Both the position numbers and the translations under genes were made by a program. A stretch of 64,000 bases of DNA from Octopus bimaculoides (Eukaryota), in assembly GCF_001194135.2 (NCBI RefSeq), contig NC_068995.1, forward strand, positions 10,193,433-10,257,432. The letters run 5' to 3'. This document shows, in pieces, positions 25,425 to 37,444 of this stretch; position 1 is the first letter of the stretch; each line of letters starts with the position of its first letter. The notes below the pieces were generated by a model that saw only the letters and a list, made by a program, of their open reading frames with translations, ran no database searches and had not been told where the DNA came from.

Positions 25425-25980
25425 CTGATGCAGTACCAGGTAGTGCTCTCATGACCTCTCATATTTACTGATTGGAAGTGATATCATGTACATTGTTTTG
25501 TCTTGGTATAAAAGATGGGCTACAGCAAATATTCTGCTCAATACCACAGATTTGCTTGTTAGTTGCTTGACTTTAACCAGTTGAGCATGTCCCTTGGTGG
25601 CTGACGATATATGCATCTCTGATCACGAGCAGAGGTAGTAGGGGAGCATCATAACCATATGTTGAGAGGAATTCTTTGGGGTTTGCATAATTCACCTTTG
25701 GAAACATGGGTGTTTCGTTCGACATCCTTAAACAACCCTTATTCAGGGACCTTTGAGCGGAATGGGCTACTCGACCTGAAGAAAATTCTAACTGGGCCCC
25801 CACCTGTGAGGTCATGCACTGTTTATCTTGATATGAGATCACCATGTCGCGCACATATGGTTGTGATGCATGTGCCTGGTGTACCCTTATCAGACGGGTA
25901 GTCATGATGGGTATACTGAGCTTCGTATATTTTACCCCAGTGTCACTTTGATGGCTTGCACTATTCTCTCGCTCAATAAT
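25425..25980 (+). mobile_element. ~550-bp non-coding interspersed repeat (family T), copy 1; true orientation unknown
   Basis: Colinear over its whole length with 47750-48300 and, reversed, 45321-45837. Followed by (AAT)n-rich sequence. Confidence 0.85.
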
Positions 25981-26712
25981 AAATAATAACAACAATAATA
26001 AAAATAACAATAATAATGATAATGATGATGACAGAATGCTGATAATAGTAATTTTTTCTCCTGATGTATCTTATTCCTAATCTACTTTTTTATTTCATTC
26101 TTCTTTATTTCTGTATTTGCTTGCTTTTGTAGCTGTTCTTTTCTTCTTCGTCTACTTCCTTCCACCTTCATTCCCTTACTTTTCTTTCAATTCTTGCAAC
26201 ATCCACAGTTTAAATGTTGCATGAACAGGATATTAGCGTATCGACCCATATTAATCAGGTTCCACTCTCACTTCCACAACTACCCCACTACTCTAACTTG
26301 TACCCGTAATACAGTAATGTATTATTATTATTATTATTATTGGCTTTTACTATTCTTCATTGTTCCATTTCTCGGTAAATATACTTCAAATGCATTATGA
26401 TTGAAGCAGAAATCAATACTTATGAAATTAATCACAATTACAATGACGGAGTAATTGATAATTAATTGATCCCAAGTACTTCATTGTTACTCAATTTATC
26501 GAGAGCAACTCCCCTACTCCACCGCTTCGGAAGAGTTGCCGATCCTCAAATTTAATGAAAACGGACGTTCGTCAATGCTGCAGGGTATTTTTTCCCATTG
26601 CTTCTCGTTATACTCATAACCAGTATTCATACAATTCCACCTCTGTTACTACTACTGCTACTACTACTGGTCTTGTGCCAAAATAAGAAATTACTACTTC
26701 TACTACTACGAC

Positions 26713-26757
<45 letters not shown>

Positions 26758-26758
<1 letters not shown>

Positions 26759-26910
26759 CCTTTCTACTATAGGCGCAAGGTGTGAAATTTGGGGCAGCGG
26801 GCCAAGTACTTAATTTATTGACCTCGAAATGATGAACGGCAAAGTCGACCTCGGTGGAATTTGAACTCAGAATGTTGCAGCAGACGAAATGCCGTAAAGC
26901 TCGCTGCCTT
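26758..26910 (-). mobile_element. SINE family 2 (internal deletions)
   Basis: cctttctactataggcgcaagg...gtcgacctcggtggaatttgaactcagaa...gctcgctgcctt, embedded in (AAT)n tracts. Confidence 0.8.
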
Positions 26911-26954
26911 AATAATAATAATAATAATAATAATAACAATAATAATAATAATAT

Positions 26955-27140
26955 TCCTTTCTACTATAGGCACAAGTTTTGAAATTTGTGGGGAGCGGGC
27001 CAGGTACTTAATTTATTGACCTCGAAAGGATGAAAGGCAAAGTCGACCTCGGTGAAATTTGAACTCAGAATCGTTAACACGCCGGACGAAAAGCTTAGCG
27101 ATATTTCGCCCGACATTCCGTTCTGTCAGCTTGCCACCTT
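26955..27140 (-). mobile_element. SINE family 2 with internal micro-inversion
   Basis: Tail, core and head ends are in minus orientation, but 27066-27125 reads as the plus-orientation consensus. Confidence 0.8.
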
Positions 27141-27153
27141 GATGATGATGATG

Positions 27154-27195
<42 letters not shown>

Positions 27196-28199
27196 CCAAG
27201 TATCAAAACTGATGATGTGCGGAAAGAGAGAGCTCTGATAACAGGCTGCTGTCTGCTCTCACAGATTGAACCAGAGCGAACAAGACCGAGCGCTCTAAGA
27301 AGTAAAACAATAGTAATATCATTCGTATAAAACAATGCAGCAAGGACAAGAAAAATGATAATTCTTTATAATTTTGGCACAGTTTCAGCAATTTTGATGG
27401 GAGGTAGGAGCACCAATTATTTTGACCCCAGTACATGCCTGATACTTATTTTATCGATCTCGAACGAATAGAAAGCAAGATTGACCACGACGTGTTTTGG
27501 GACTCAGAACGTGGGGAAACGCTAATCATTTCTTATTTCGACGACGACGTGAACGACAACGACGACGACGACGAAGACGTCGATGACGGCATTGAGGATG
27601 ATGATGATGATGATTATGATGATGAGGATGATAATGCTGATGACGACAACAACGATGATGTTTGCATTAAGAATACGCCCACACAAAATCTGACAGAACG
27701 ATTATATTAATCATGAACACAAGGAGCTTTAGGGGCCCTTATGGAACTAGAAAACTATTATGAAATAACCACTGTAGGACTACAAACATATTTAGTAAAG
27801 AAAAATGGGAAACTAATACAAATAGCTGCAAAACACTAGCATAATACAATATGTTTTCTCTTTCTTTTGAAGACATAAAATACAACAAAGTCAAGTTAAA
27901 GCTTAAAGTAACAGAAAGAAGAAACAATAGCTGAAAGTGTATTAAAAAAAAAAAACGAAACTGAACTGAAAATGAGACTCCAGAATGTCGTGCTGAACGG
28001 ATGGCAACTAACGTTAAAATAGTTTTTAAAAAAACACTAGAACAGTGTAGTAATAGAGAAAGAATAATTGTATCTTGGCTTGAATAATAGTACAAGACTG
28101 CAAATTGGAATTGAAATATTATTGATTGTGGCACAAGATCAAATCTTTTCCACTAGAAACTACCAAAAGACATGTAATGAGGTAAAATAATGATGTATT

Positions 28200-28632
28200 A
28201 ATTGCTGAGTATGTGGAGATCGGGAAAAAACACATGTAACTATATTTTGTACGGCTGCCTTGTATTAATCAAGAGAGACTACGTACAACATGATAGAGTT
28301 TGAGGTTTTTGGATACGTTAGAAATAATGAAATACTAACAGAAAATAGGTAGTATGTATCATAAAAGGTCTCGCAGCATGGCAAAACGGTAATAATAAGG
28401 ATATACCAATTCACACAAAGAAGGGGATCAAGGATGATCAGTCACATTTTGTTATGAAGGTTTATCAGGAAAGGAAGTCATCCTAGCTGAAATATCACCC
28501 TTAATAAACGGTAATGTGTTTTGCAAATGAAAGACAAAATTATCCCAAATATAAAGATCTTGACATGGAGGTAACCAGAACTTGGTGGTTGAAAGGGAAA
28601 TTAACCTTTATAACAATAGATGCCTTGAGACG
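28200..28632 (+). mobile_element. Very degenerate R4/Dong-like LINE C-terminal fragment
   Basis: Translated pieces: NYILYGCLVLIKRDYVQHDRV (knuckle/RHD region), DIPIHT, and KYKDLDMEVTRTWWLKGKLTFITIDALR (cf. KY.DL..E..R.W.....P...GALG). Confidence 0.6.
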
Positions 28633-28644
28633 AATACATATATA

Positions 28645-28959
28645 TACTCTTTTACTTGTTTCAGCCATTTGACTGCGGCCATGCTGGGGCACCGCCTTTA
28701 GTCGAGCAGATCGACCCCGGGACTTATTCTTTGTAAGCCTAGGACTTATTCTCTCGGTCTCTTTTTGCCGAACCGCTAAGTTACAGAGACGTAAACACAC
28801 CAGCAGCGGTTGTCAAGCGAAGTTGGGGGGACAAATACAGACACACAAACATATACACACACATACGTATATACATATATACGACGGGCTTCTTTCAGTT
28901 TCCGTCTACCAAATCCACTCAAGGTTTTGGTCGGCCCGGGGCTATAGTAGAAGACACTT
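28645..28959 (-). mobile_element. SINE family 1 (head lost in N-gap)
   Basis: tgtttcagccatttgactgcggccatgctggggcaccgcc through gctatagtagaagacactt. Confidence 0.88.
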
Positions 28960-28969
28960 NNNNNNNNNN

Positions 28970-29006
<37 letters not shown>

Positions 29007-29187
29007 TAGAGAAAAACCACTATGAAATAATTCAATAAAGAAGAATTTAATTCATACCCTCCATAAAATAAATATATCATAAAAACCTTATTTAAAAAAT
29101 CAGTAAAAATACATAAAAGAATAACTAGTAAATGATTATAAAGGACAAAGAAGTGGTATATTATCATATAATAATTAAGCAGATCCC

Positions 29188-29462
29188 AAAGAAATTGAAA
29201 AGACTAAGAAATATTAGGATCTAGCCAGAGAGATCGTGGAAGACTAAAACAACTTTTATTCCTGATGTAATTAGTACATTTGGCACGACACCCAGTCTGC
29301 TACTTAAAAAGCTGACAGACATTCGAACTGTGACTTGCATTGTCGACCTGCAGAAACGGGGAAATCTCCATTCTGTATGAATCTTAGAAAAATTCTTGAG
29401 ATTTGGGGAAACTTGTTGTCACCAAACTTCTAGACAACATTCCTGCTAATTAATAGCAATTC

Positions 29463-29496
<34 letters not shown>

Positions 29497-29497
29497 T
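29188..29497 (+). mobile_element. Degenerate R4/Dong-like LINE 3' end with (AAT)n tail
   Basis: KEIEKTKKY*DLAREI / WKTKTTFIPDVISTFGTTP...VDLQK...IL.K.L, then ~90 bp of UTR and (aat)n. Confidence 0.65.
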
Positions 29498-29609
29498 TAA
29501 TATAGGATACTTAGGAGGGTTCTTGGCATCTAAGGTTACTTATCGTAACGCGATGTTAGAATTTTTCTTTCTTAACAGCCTAGTCCGATGTGAGTATGTG
29601 AAGAAGAAG

Positions 29610-30090
29610 AATTTTGGCACAAAGCCAGAAACATGGAGGAGATGGTTAGTCGATTACATCGACCCTAGTACTCAACTGGTACTTATTTTGTCGATCCCGA
29701 AAGGATGAAAAGCAAAGTCAATCTCGGCGGAATTTGAACTCAGAACGTAAAGACGGACGAAATACTGCTAAGCATTTTGCCCGGTATGTTAAATTTCTGT
29801 CAGCTCACCGCCTTGATTATAATAATAATAATAATAATAATAATAATCCTTCCTACTATAGGTACAAGGCTTGAAGTTTTCAGGAAGGGACCAGTCGATC
29901 ACGCCAACCCTAGTGCTTAACTGGTGCTTACCGACCCCAAAAGGGTGAAAGGCAAATTTACGTACTACTTAGTTTTCTGAGCCTTGAAGGATAAAAGGTA
30001 AAGTCGATTTCGACGGGATTTGAACTCAGAACGTAAAGAACTGGCAGGAATCTCCTTTAGCATTTCGGCCAACGCTTTAAAGATCCTGCG
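29610..30090 (-). mobile_element. Chain of three SINE family 2 copies/fragments (29610-29815, 29848-29960, 29990-30090)
   Basis: Repeated gtcgattacatcgacc...gaaaggatgaaa...aatttgaactcagaacgtaaaga blocks; the first two are separated by (AAT)n. Confidence 0.75.
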
Positions 30091-30624
30091 AAACCATCGT
30101 CCTCGAATGATGTTTATAAAAATAATAATAATAATAACAAAACTATAAAAATTATAGCAACAACAACAGGAACAACAACATAAAGATATAAAATACCGCA
30201 AAGAGGAAATGATGACATTCTTCAGAATCAAATAAATATTTATCTAGCATCACCGCAACCACCGACAGCACCACCACCATCTCATTCATCACTGATTAAT
30301 CCCTTGGAGTACCATCGTCCCATACAAACCCTTAAACACACATACATTCCATTATTGCTTTCCGTAATGTGTTTATATATGCACTTGTGAAAACACTTTA
30401 CGCCATGCTTTCGTGGTTGCTAGTCTACTTCCGGTATGTTGTTGGCTTCTTTTCAACAACAACAACAGCAGCAGCAGCTGCAGCAGCAGCAGTAGTAGTA
30501 GTACGATATACTGCAAGAACAGCGATGATAATAACAAAGCAATAACAGAAATAATCTATACTACTGGTGACGATGATGACAACGATGATGATGACGATGA
30601 TCAAGACCATGACAATGATGATGA

Positions 30625-30835
30625 TCTTTTCTACTATAGGCGCAAGACCTGGACTTTGGGTGAGGGGTATAGTCGATTCCATCGACCACACTGTTCCACT
30701 GGTACTTAATTTATCGACGCCGAAAGGATGAAAAGCAAAGTCAACCTTGGTGGAATTTGAACTCAGAACGTAGCGACGGGCGAAATGCCATTAAGCATTT
30801 TTGTCCAGCGTGCTAACGATTCTTCAAACTCGCCT
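30625..30835 (-). mobile_element. SINE family 2, full length
   Basis: ttttctactataggcgcaagacc tail to gtgctaacgattcttcaaactcgcc head. Confidence 0.85.
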
Positions 30836-31045
30836 AACTTGTAATCTGGATATAATAACTGAAGATTTCCCAATAGTTCGGCATAAGTGTTCTCTTTTTC
30901 ACTGATCTTCAGCTTTGTGTTAACATCCACTGGACAGCTAATTTCCACAACTGTACACAATTTCTCTTCTCTATCCCAAATCATTATATCGGGTCTATTG
31001 TGCTTACATTTTATTGAGGTACATTCCACCAATACTTTTTATTAT
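30836..31045 (-). mobile_element. R4/Dong-like RLE endonuclease fragment (same subfamily as 9575-10435)
   Basis: KYWWNV / TSIKCKHNRPDIMIWDREEKLCTVVEISCPVDVNTKLKISEKENTYAELLGNLQLLYPDYK. Confidence 0.85.
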
Positions 31046-31049
31046 GAAT

Positions 31050-31482
31050 GGCTATATGTATGTATGTATGTATGATTATATGTACGAATGTATATATGTA
31101 TGAATGTACGTACGTATGTATATATATATATATATATGAATGTATGTACGTACGTATGCATGTATATATGTATCTATGTAGGTACATATGTATGCGTGTA
31201 TTTACATAGGTACGTATGCTTGTATGCATGCATGCATGTATGTATTTACATAGGTACGTATGTATGTACATATATATGTAAGTATATACGTATGTATGTA
31301 CGTATGTATGTACGTATGTATGCACGCATGTGTGTATGTACGTATGAATCTATGCATTATGCATGTATGCATGTACTTACGTGTGTATGTATTTACGGAT
31401 ATATGTATGTATGCATGCATGCATGAGTGCATAAATGTATGTATGTATGAAAATGTATATATATGTTTATATGTATATACGT
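31050..31482. repeat. Degenerate (TATG/TACG/CATG)n low-complexity tract
   Basis: Read directly; source of several spurious Y/M/V/C ORFs. Confidence 0.9.
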
Positions 31483-31776
31483 AATTTAGACAAGATATTG
31501 GTAACGCTGTGTAAACATTTTTGTGACTTTTGTTGTTTTGTTGTCGTTGCTGTTATGTTTTGTTGTTGTAGCTGTTATTGTTAAGAAGTAAGTCGTCATG
31601 ATCAATCTCATCAGTATAAAAAGCAACAGAAACTTGATTCTTTTCCCTTTCAAGCTATGTTTTCTGTTTAATTCTGTGTATTTTTCACGTATTTTCTAAG
31701 ATGTCAAAGATTTCTTGTTTTGCTACATTTTGTTACTTTTTTTAGTGAGGAGGCATTTTCTGAACGAATGTGCTGA

Positions 31777-31902
31777 ATGCCACTTGTCAAAGAAAGGTTG
31801 TCAAAATCGTTTTCCCCCGACAAATCAAAGACCTCTCCGATACCAGATTACTCTGACCAAAGACATGCGCAATCTTCCAGTTGGGCCATCCAATCTGCAG
31901 TC
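31777..31902 (+). CDS. Candidate first coding exon, unknown product (MPLVKERLSKSFSPDKSKTSPIPDYSDQRHAQSSSWAIQSAV)
   Basis: Polypyrimidine tract + AG at 31744-31745, ATG at 31777, 42 open codons, GTATGT donor at 31903. Non-repetitive and GC-richer than flanks. No recognised homology. Confidence 0.2.
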
Positions 31903-31969
31903 GTATGTTTAGAGTCGGCTATTAACTAAAGCATATTTGTCACTCTCACCGATCTTTTAATGAATTTAC

Positions 31970-32040
31970 CTCAAAGATAGACCTTCTTTCTCCAGCAACT
32001 TCGTCTTCATGTGGTGCTCGAAACAAATGATAAAGGTTCA
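31970..32040 (-). CDS. Candidate internal exon, unknown product (NLYHLFRAPHEDEVAGERRSIFE)
   Basis: cttttcctctaaag acceptor, 71 nt open (phase 1 to phase 0), GAG|GTAAAT donor. No recognised homology. Confidence 0.2.
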
Positions 32041-32639
32041 CTTTAGAGGAAAAGCTCTATCTTCAGTCCTCTCAGTATTTAAGGCGGTGAGCGTTATTTT
32101 GTTTCGTCTTTACATTCTGATTTCAAGTTCCTCCGATGTCGACTTTCCTTTCATACTTTCAGAGTCAATAAAAATAAATACCAATTGATTATTGTGGTTG
32201 ATGTTATCGACTTGCCCCTTCCCTCGAAACGTTGCTCTTATGCCAAAATCTGAAACGAATATACCCCGCTATTTTATCAGGGGGGAAACCCGCTTGGCCT
32301 TCCTAGTCAAACGAAGGCAGTTGGGTACGTTATGCAATTTTCTTTTGTCTGAAGGCTACAGTGGAAAGTGTGGAATAGTAATCAATACTGAGAGCACATG
32401 AGTTCCTCTTCTTTATCCTCTTACTGTAGTAAACACTTGAAAAGAAAGCTACCGCTGGAGAGAGAAAATTGATTCGGTTGATAGCTGTATGTTCTACATG
32501 TAACAGCTACTTTTAGACAAAACTTACTAAGTCAGTTATATTCGACTGTTTGAACAATGTCCAAGGTACGTGAAAAACGCTTTCATCAACTTATGAGAAT
32601 TTCAGACAAGCTCAGTTGATGATACTCGGACTGGTATTG

Positions 32640-32830
32640 TATTTATTTCTTTATTGTCCACAGGGGGCTAAACACAGAAGGGACAAACAAGGACAGACAA
32701 AGGGATTAAGTCGATTACATCAACCCCAGTGCATAACTAGTACTTATTTAATCGACTCCGAAAAGATGAAAGGCAAAGTCAACCTCGGCGGAATTTGAAC
32801 TCAGAACGTAACGGCAGACGAAATACCACC
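32640..32830 (-). mobile_element. SINE family 2, tail b
   Basis: atttatttctttattgtccacagggggctaaacacagaagggacaaacaaggacagac tail joined to the family 2 core and head. Confidence 0.85.
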
Positions 32831-34798
32831 AAGTTTTTTGTTCATTAAAGCATGGAATACAGGTCCGACTTCGCATTTAGTACTTCCTTTCCATTTTTCT
32901 GAGACATTTTTTTCAAATAAAAACGTGTCTTTTGTATGGCATTATATACGGTAATGACTTTCTGTAGTACGACCAGCAATAATTAGTTTTGAAACTCTCT
33001 GGAAATTTGTAAAAATATACAATGTGTTGACATCGCGAATGGAGCTGGCTGCTTGATTCGTCATTGTTGTCGTCAATGTTTTTTGTCCCAAGTCAGCAGC
33101 GGTCGAATTAACTTGTGATGAAAGGCGTCACTGCTTTGACCATGAAATCATTGTAAAAAATGTCTACAATACCCAAAGCGTATTTCACAGCAGGAGATAA
33201 AGCTCTCTCTTTTTTTTATTATTTACAGCACACCGCTCGGCAAATAGTGTTTCGAGTGATCGTAAGTAAATGAAAAATAGGTGAAACTGTAATTAATAGA
33301 AAGTTAGTGACTAGGAAATTACACAAAGATAAAGAAATACTGCGTAAAATCGAAACTATGAGAATGCCACTGTTTGTGATTGTGCAAATATTTTCGTCTT
33401 AAAGGGCTAACAAACCCATGCTAGTTTAGCATATTTTTAAAAACCGTAGGATAGTAACACAACAGGTGTTGACAAAATGCGATCTAAATTTAGCAAATCC
33501 ATTAGCTTAGTTGAGAGAGTTTTGAAGATAATGAATCGATTCAACGAAACCCATTAGTAGCAAGCCACTCAAGTATTCAACAAGACTCTTCTTTTCAGAT
33601 GAATGAAGTGAATGGAGCCTTTCTTTCGACTATAATGTCGATAAAAGGTGAAAACATTTCAGACTAATTTACTTGCCAGTACACATCACCCGTAGACATC
33701 CACATCGTTCGCTATATACGCAAATATATTTGAGCAAACTTTTCATGTGGTTGCTGGACAATGCTAGAAATAGAGCTTGTATATTGTTGTCGAACCTGCT
33801 AAAAGAAATAGTCTCTCTGTGTGGTCGTGGGACCTGCAAGAAACAGAGTGTCTATGTGGTGTTTGGGCGTTCTAGAAACATCACTTTTCTTTGAAAATGA
33901 TAGAGATAAATAACGAAAAACATTCAGATTTAAATGGAAGTAAATGTTGACGTCGTTTACTAGACACACTTTTGCAATCGAAGAAGACCCATCGTGGTTG
34001 TTGGACCTCCTAGAAATAACGGTCGAAACCCTTTCAAACCGCACGTCATTATCTTTAAAAAAAGATAGGAATGACACATTAAAATATGTGGCTCTAGATA
34101 TCCCTAAAAAGATGCGATGGCCACTAACGAGTAGCATGCCTTTGGTCATTGGTTCACTCGGTGAGAGGTTAAGTGGGGCGAAAACCACAACGACAACATA
34201 CACAGCTCATACATATCCTCATAAGTGATCAAAGAAAGAAATCAAAGCATCATTAATCATGCACGAATACATAGGTGTGTGTAGGTTCATTCATGAATTT
34301 AGAAACACAGTGTATCGTATTTTGTACAGAAGAGCTGTTAATTTTATTTCTAATTTATTCTTTTACTTTCCATGTGAATAGTTAGACAGAACTAAAACCA
34401 TTGTTAATTGACGAGGAGTTTCAAGAAATAGAAGCAAAATTTCCAGAAGTTAAGCATAATCTTCACAGCTTATTTAGATGCTAAGGAAAGGCAGTCAGTC
34501 TGATCTTTGTTTGCAGACAAGGAACAACTGCGGACATCCATTTTGGGCAGTCTAATCTCCTTAGTATTGTACTTTCTCAACTTAGGTACAGATCAGAAAA
34601 TTGCATTTGTATATCTAAAATAGTAACTAAGTATATTTTAGCCAATGGGCAAAATTAATAGTAAAAAATTAAAAGAGGTACGCAATATAACGAAACCTGC
34701 ACATATATTTATACTCATCAGATGAAGGATTTTCTTTCTCCCTGAGAAACCGGCTGCGCCTCCGGAAAATACAACAGTAACGAGCTAGCTACACGATC

Positions 34799-35224
34799 TT
34801 ACTTCAGCTCATCGTTTTCATTGAAGTATATGCCATCGGCGATTTCCTCTGCTGTCCTACACTCTGCGCTGTCATTTCCGTTTCTCTCCAAATGGATAAA
34901 TCTTTTTCCTTGAAGCTTAATTCCGATTTTGCTGCACCACGTCAAAAGTTTCCCCGAAGGAAGACTTTCTTCTGCCAGTCTTGTCCGTTTTGATTTGTCA
35001 TCAGTGTATATTAAATGTTGCAGCCTTTGTTCTGAGTACAAGTGCTTACTTGACTCATTTTCACCTCTGCGAAGAAGCGGTTTATAATTAGTCTGGCCTG
35101 TATATTTTGACCTGTCCAGTAGGGGAGGCGACATCTGGATGTTGCACTCCATTGGTATAGCTCTCAGCATGGTTGTGATACACAAGCCACCACAAGCTTA
35201 CAGAGAGTGGAGCTCCTGGCGGAA
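34799..35224 (-). CDS. Candidate exon / 128-codon ORF in unique sequence, product unknown
   Basis: Acceptor-like tttcctccgatcttgtag at 35225-35242; non-repetitive ORF 34799..35185; donor-like GTAAG at 35201, 35049 and 34802. Frame unresolved. Confidence 0.3.
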
Positions 35225-35379
35225 CTACAAGATCGGAGGAAATATATTATTATACACGTCTAGCGTATTGAGTTCATTTCTCTTTTCCTTTTCTCCCGTT
35301 GTTTAATATAATGATACACGCGCACGTATTCTTGGATATATACTTATTACATTGATTATATATATATACATATATATAT

Positions 35380-35538
35380 ACGACGGGCTTCTTTCAGTTT
35401 CCGTCTACCAAATATACTCAGAAGGCTTTAGTCGGCCCGAGACAATAGTAGTAGACACTTGCCCAAGGTGCCACGTAGTGGGACTGAACCCGGAACCATG
35501 TGGTTCGTAAGCAAGCTACCTACCACACAGCCACTCCT
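35380..35538 (-). mobile_element. SINE family 1, 5' half
   Basis: tacgacgggcttctttcagtttccgtctacc...gggactgaacccggaaccatgtggttcgtaagcaagctacctaccacacagccactcct. Confidence 0.88.
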
Positions 35539-36010
35539 AATGATATGTAATTGTAATATCCAAGGATCGAGGTGTAGGAAGTTAGTAAGCTTCGAGTAGT
35601 CGTGGTAGCTATAGAAAGCAAATTTCAGTACAATAATAGATTATTGGCGTACAAGGTCTTAGGCTTTTCCTACATCGAAGTTCGATACACTGGAAAAAAA
35701 ATTTTTCTTAAAAACTAGGGTTGCTATGAATGCGAATAACGATTCAAATTTTGGGAATGGAGTAGGTAAAATCCAGGCTGCATATGTTTCCTAGATAGCA
35801 GAACTTCGGAGGTAATAGTTACTCCACGTGGGGTATCTTACTATTTACTCATGAACAGCTAGTGGACTACCCTTCGTTGAAGAAGTATTACATCCGAGGG
35901 TCTGATAGCTGAGAAACATGTAAACTGGAACCTATCGAGATATATATATATTACATATTTGTATACATACATATATATGCATCTATTTATGATATATACA
36001 CATATATACC

Positions 36011-36052
<42 letters not shown>

Positions 36053-36706
36053 NNNNNNNNNNNNNNNNNNNNNNNNNNNNNNNNNNNNNNNNNNNNNNNN
36101 NNNNNNNNNNNNNNNNNNNNNNNNNNNNNNNNNNNNNNNNNNNNNNNNNNNNNNNNNNNNNNNNNNNNNNNNNNNNNNNNNNNNNNNNNNNNNNNNNNNN
36201 NNNNNNNNNNNNNNNNNNNNNNNNNNNNNNNNNNNNNNNNNNNNNNNNNNNNNNNNNNNNNNNNNNNNNNNNNNNNNNNNNNNNNNNNNNNNNNNNNNNN
36301 NNNNNNNNNNNNNNNNNNNNNNNNNNNNNNNNNNNNNNNNNNNNNNNNNNNNNNNNNNNNNNNNNNNNNNNNNNNNNNNNNNNNNNNNNNNNNNNNNNNN
36401 NNNNNNNNNNNNNNNNNNNNNNNNNNNNNNNNNNNNNNNNNNNNNNNNNNNNNNNNNNNNNNNNNNNNNNNNNNNNNNNNNNNNNNNNNNNNNNNNNNNN
36501 NNNNNNNNNNNNNNNNNNNNNNNNNNNNNNNNNNNNNNNNNNNNNNNNNNNNNNNNNNNNNNNNNNNNNNNNNNNNNNNNNNNNNNNNNNNNNNNNNNNN
36601 NNNNNNNNNNNNNNNNNNNNNNNNNNNNNNNNNNNNNNNNNNNNNNNNNNNNNNNNNNNNNNNNNNNNNNNNNNNNNNNNNNNNNNNNNNNNNNNNNNNN
36701 NNNNNN

Positions 36707-36739
<33 letters not shown>

Positions 36740-37109
36740 TGTGTATATTTATGTTCGTATCTATAGATGTGTGTGTATGTGCATGAGTGTGTGGCAAAAA
36801 AGTGTGACAGATGGGGACAAGAAGAGAAAGAGATAGAAAGAGAAAGGAATGAAATACTTCCCAAGTGAAGGAAAAGAAGATGGCGTGTCTAGCATTTAGT
36901 TTTCCTGTTATTTTTAATTGAAGACTTCGTGTATTTGCCACAAAACATCGAAACCAATTCTGTTCATGTGTTTATTCTGACATTTACCAAATTGGTCACG
37001 TGCCATGCAGTCAGTGAAAATAGCAGCTGCTATAATCAATCAATGTATCAATATTTATTTATCTCACGTAAGTGTGATAAACGGAGACAATTAAAGCCGA
37101 ATATGTATG

Positions 37110-37143
<34 letters not shown>

Positions 37144-37153
37144 NNNNNNNNNN

Positions 37154-37185
<32 letters not shown>

Positions 37186-37444
37186 CAGAGAGAGAGAGAG
37201 AGTGATGAGAGAGGGAGGATTTGTGGTGTGTGTAGTAGTGAGTGTGTAGGGCAATCGCAGGCTTTCCTGAATTACTGGTATTGATTGATCTCAACTTAGC
37301 AAAACAGCTTAGGAAGTAAGGATATACACACACATGCACATCTAAGCTTGCATATATATATATATATATATATACATGCACATAGATATGCGTATATCTA
37401 TGTAAGTGTATACTTTATTATATATATATATATATATATATATT

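Noticed and set aside
25573-26010. 145-aa ORF with a paralogue at 48113..48514
   Set aside because: Both lie in the 550-bp repeat. The frame is not kept across the three copies and no known motif is visible.
27207-27245. Hammerhead-like CTGATGA..GAAA..helix
   Set aside because: The cleavage-site base would be G, helix I cannot form and helix II is at most one wobble pair.
30763-31032. 89-aa ORF taken as one protein
   Set aside because: It is a chimera: RLE endonuclease codons run into the head of an adjacent SINE2 after YPDYK.
33944-34228. 94-aa ORF in unique sequence (also ORFs 3043..3294 and 63135..63359)
   Set aside because: Non-ATG starts, no recognisable motif and no clear flanking splice signals; lengths are compatible with chance.
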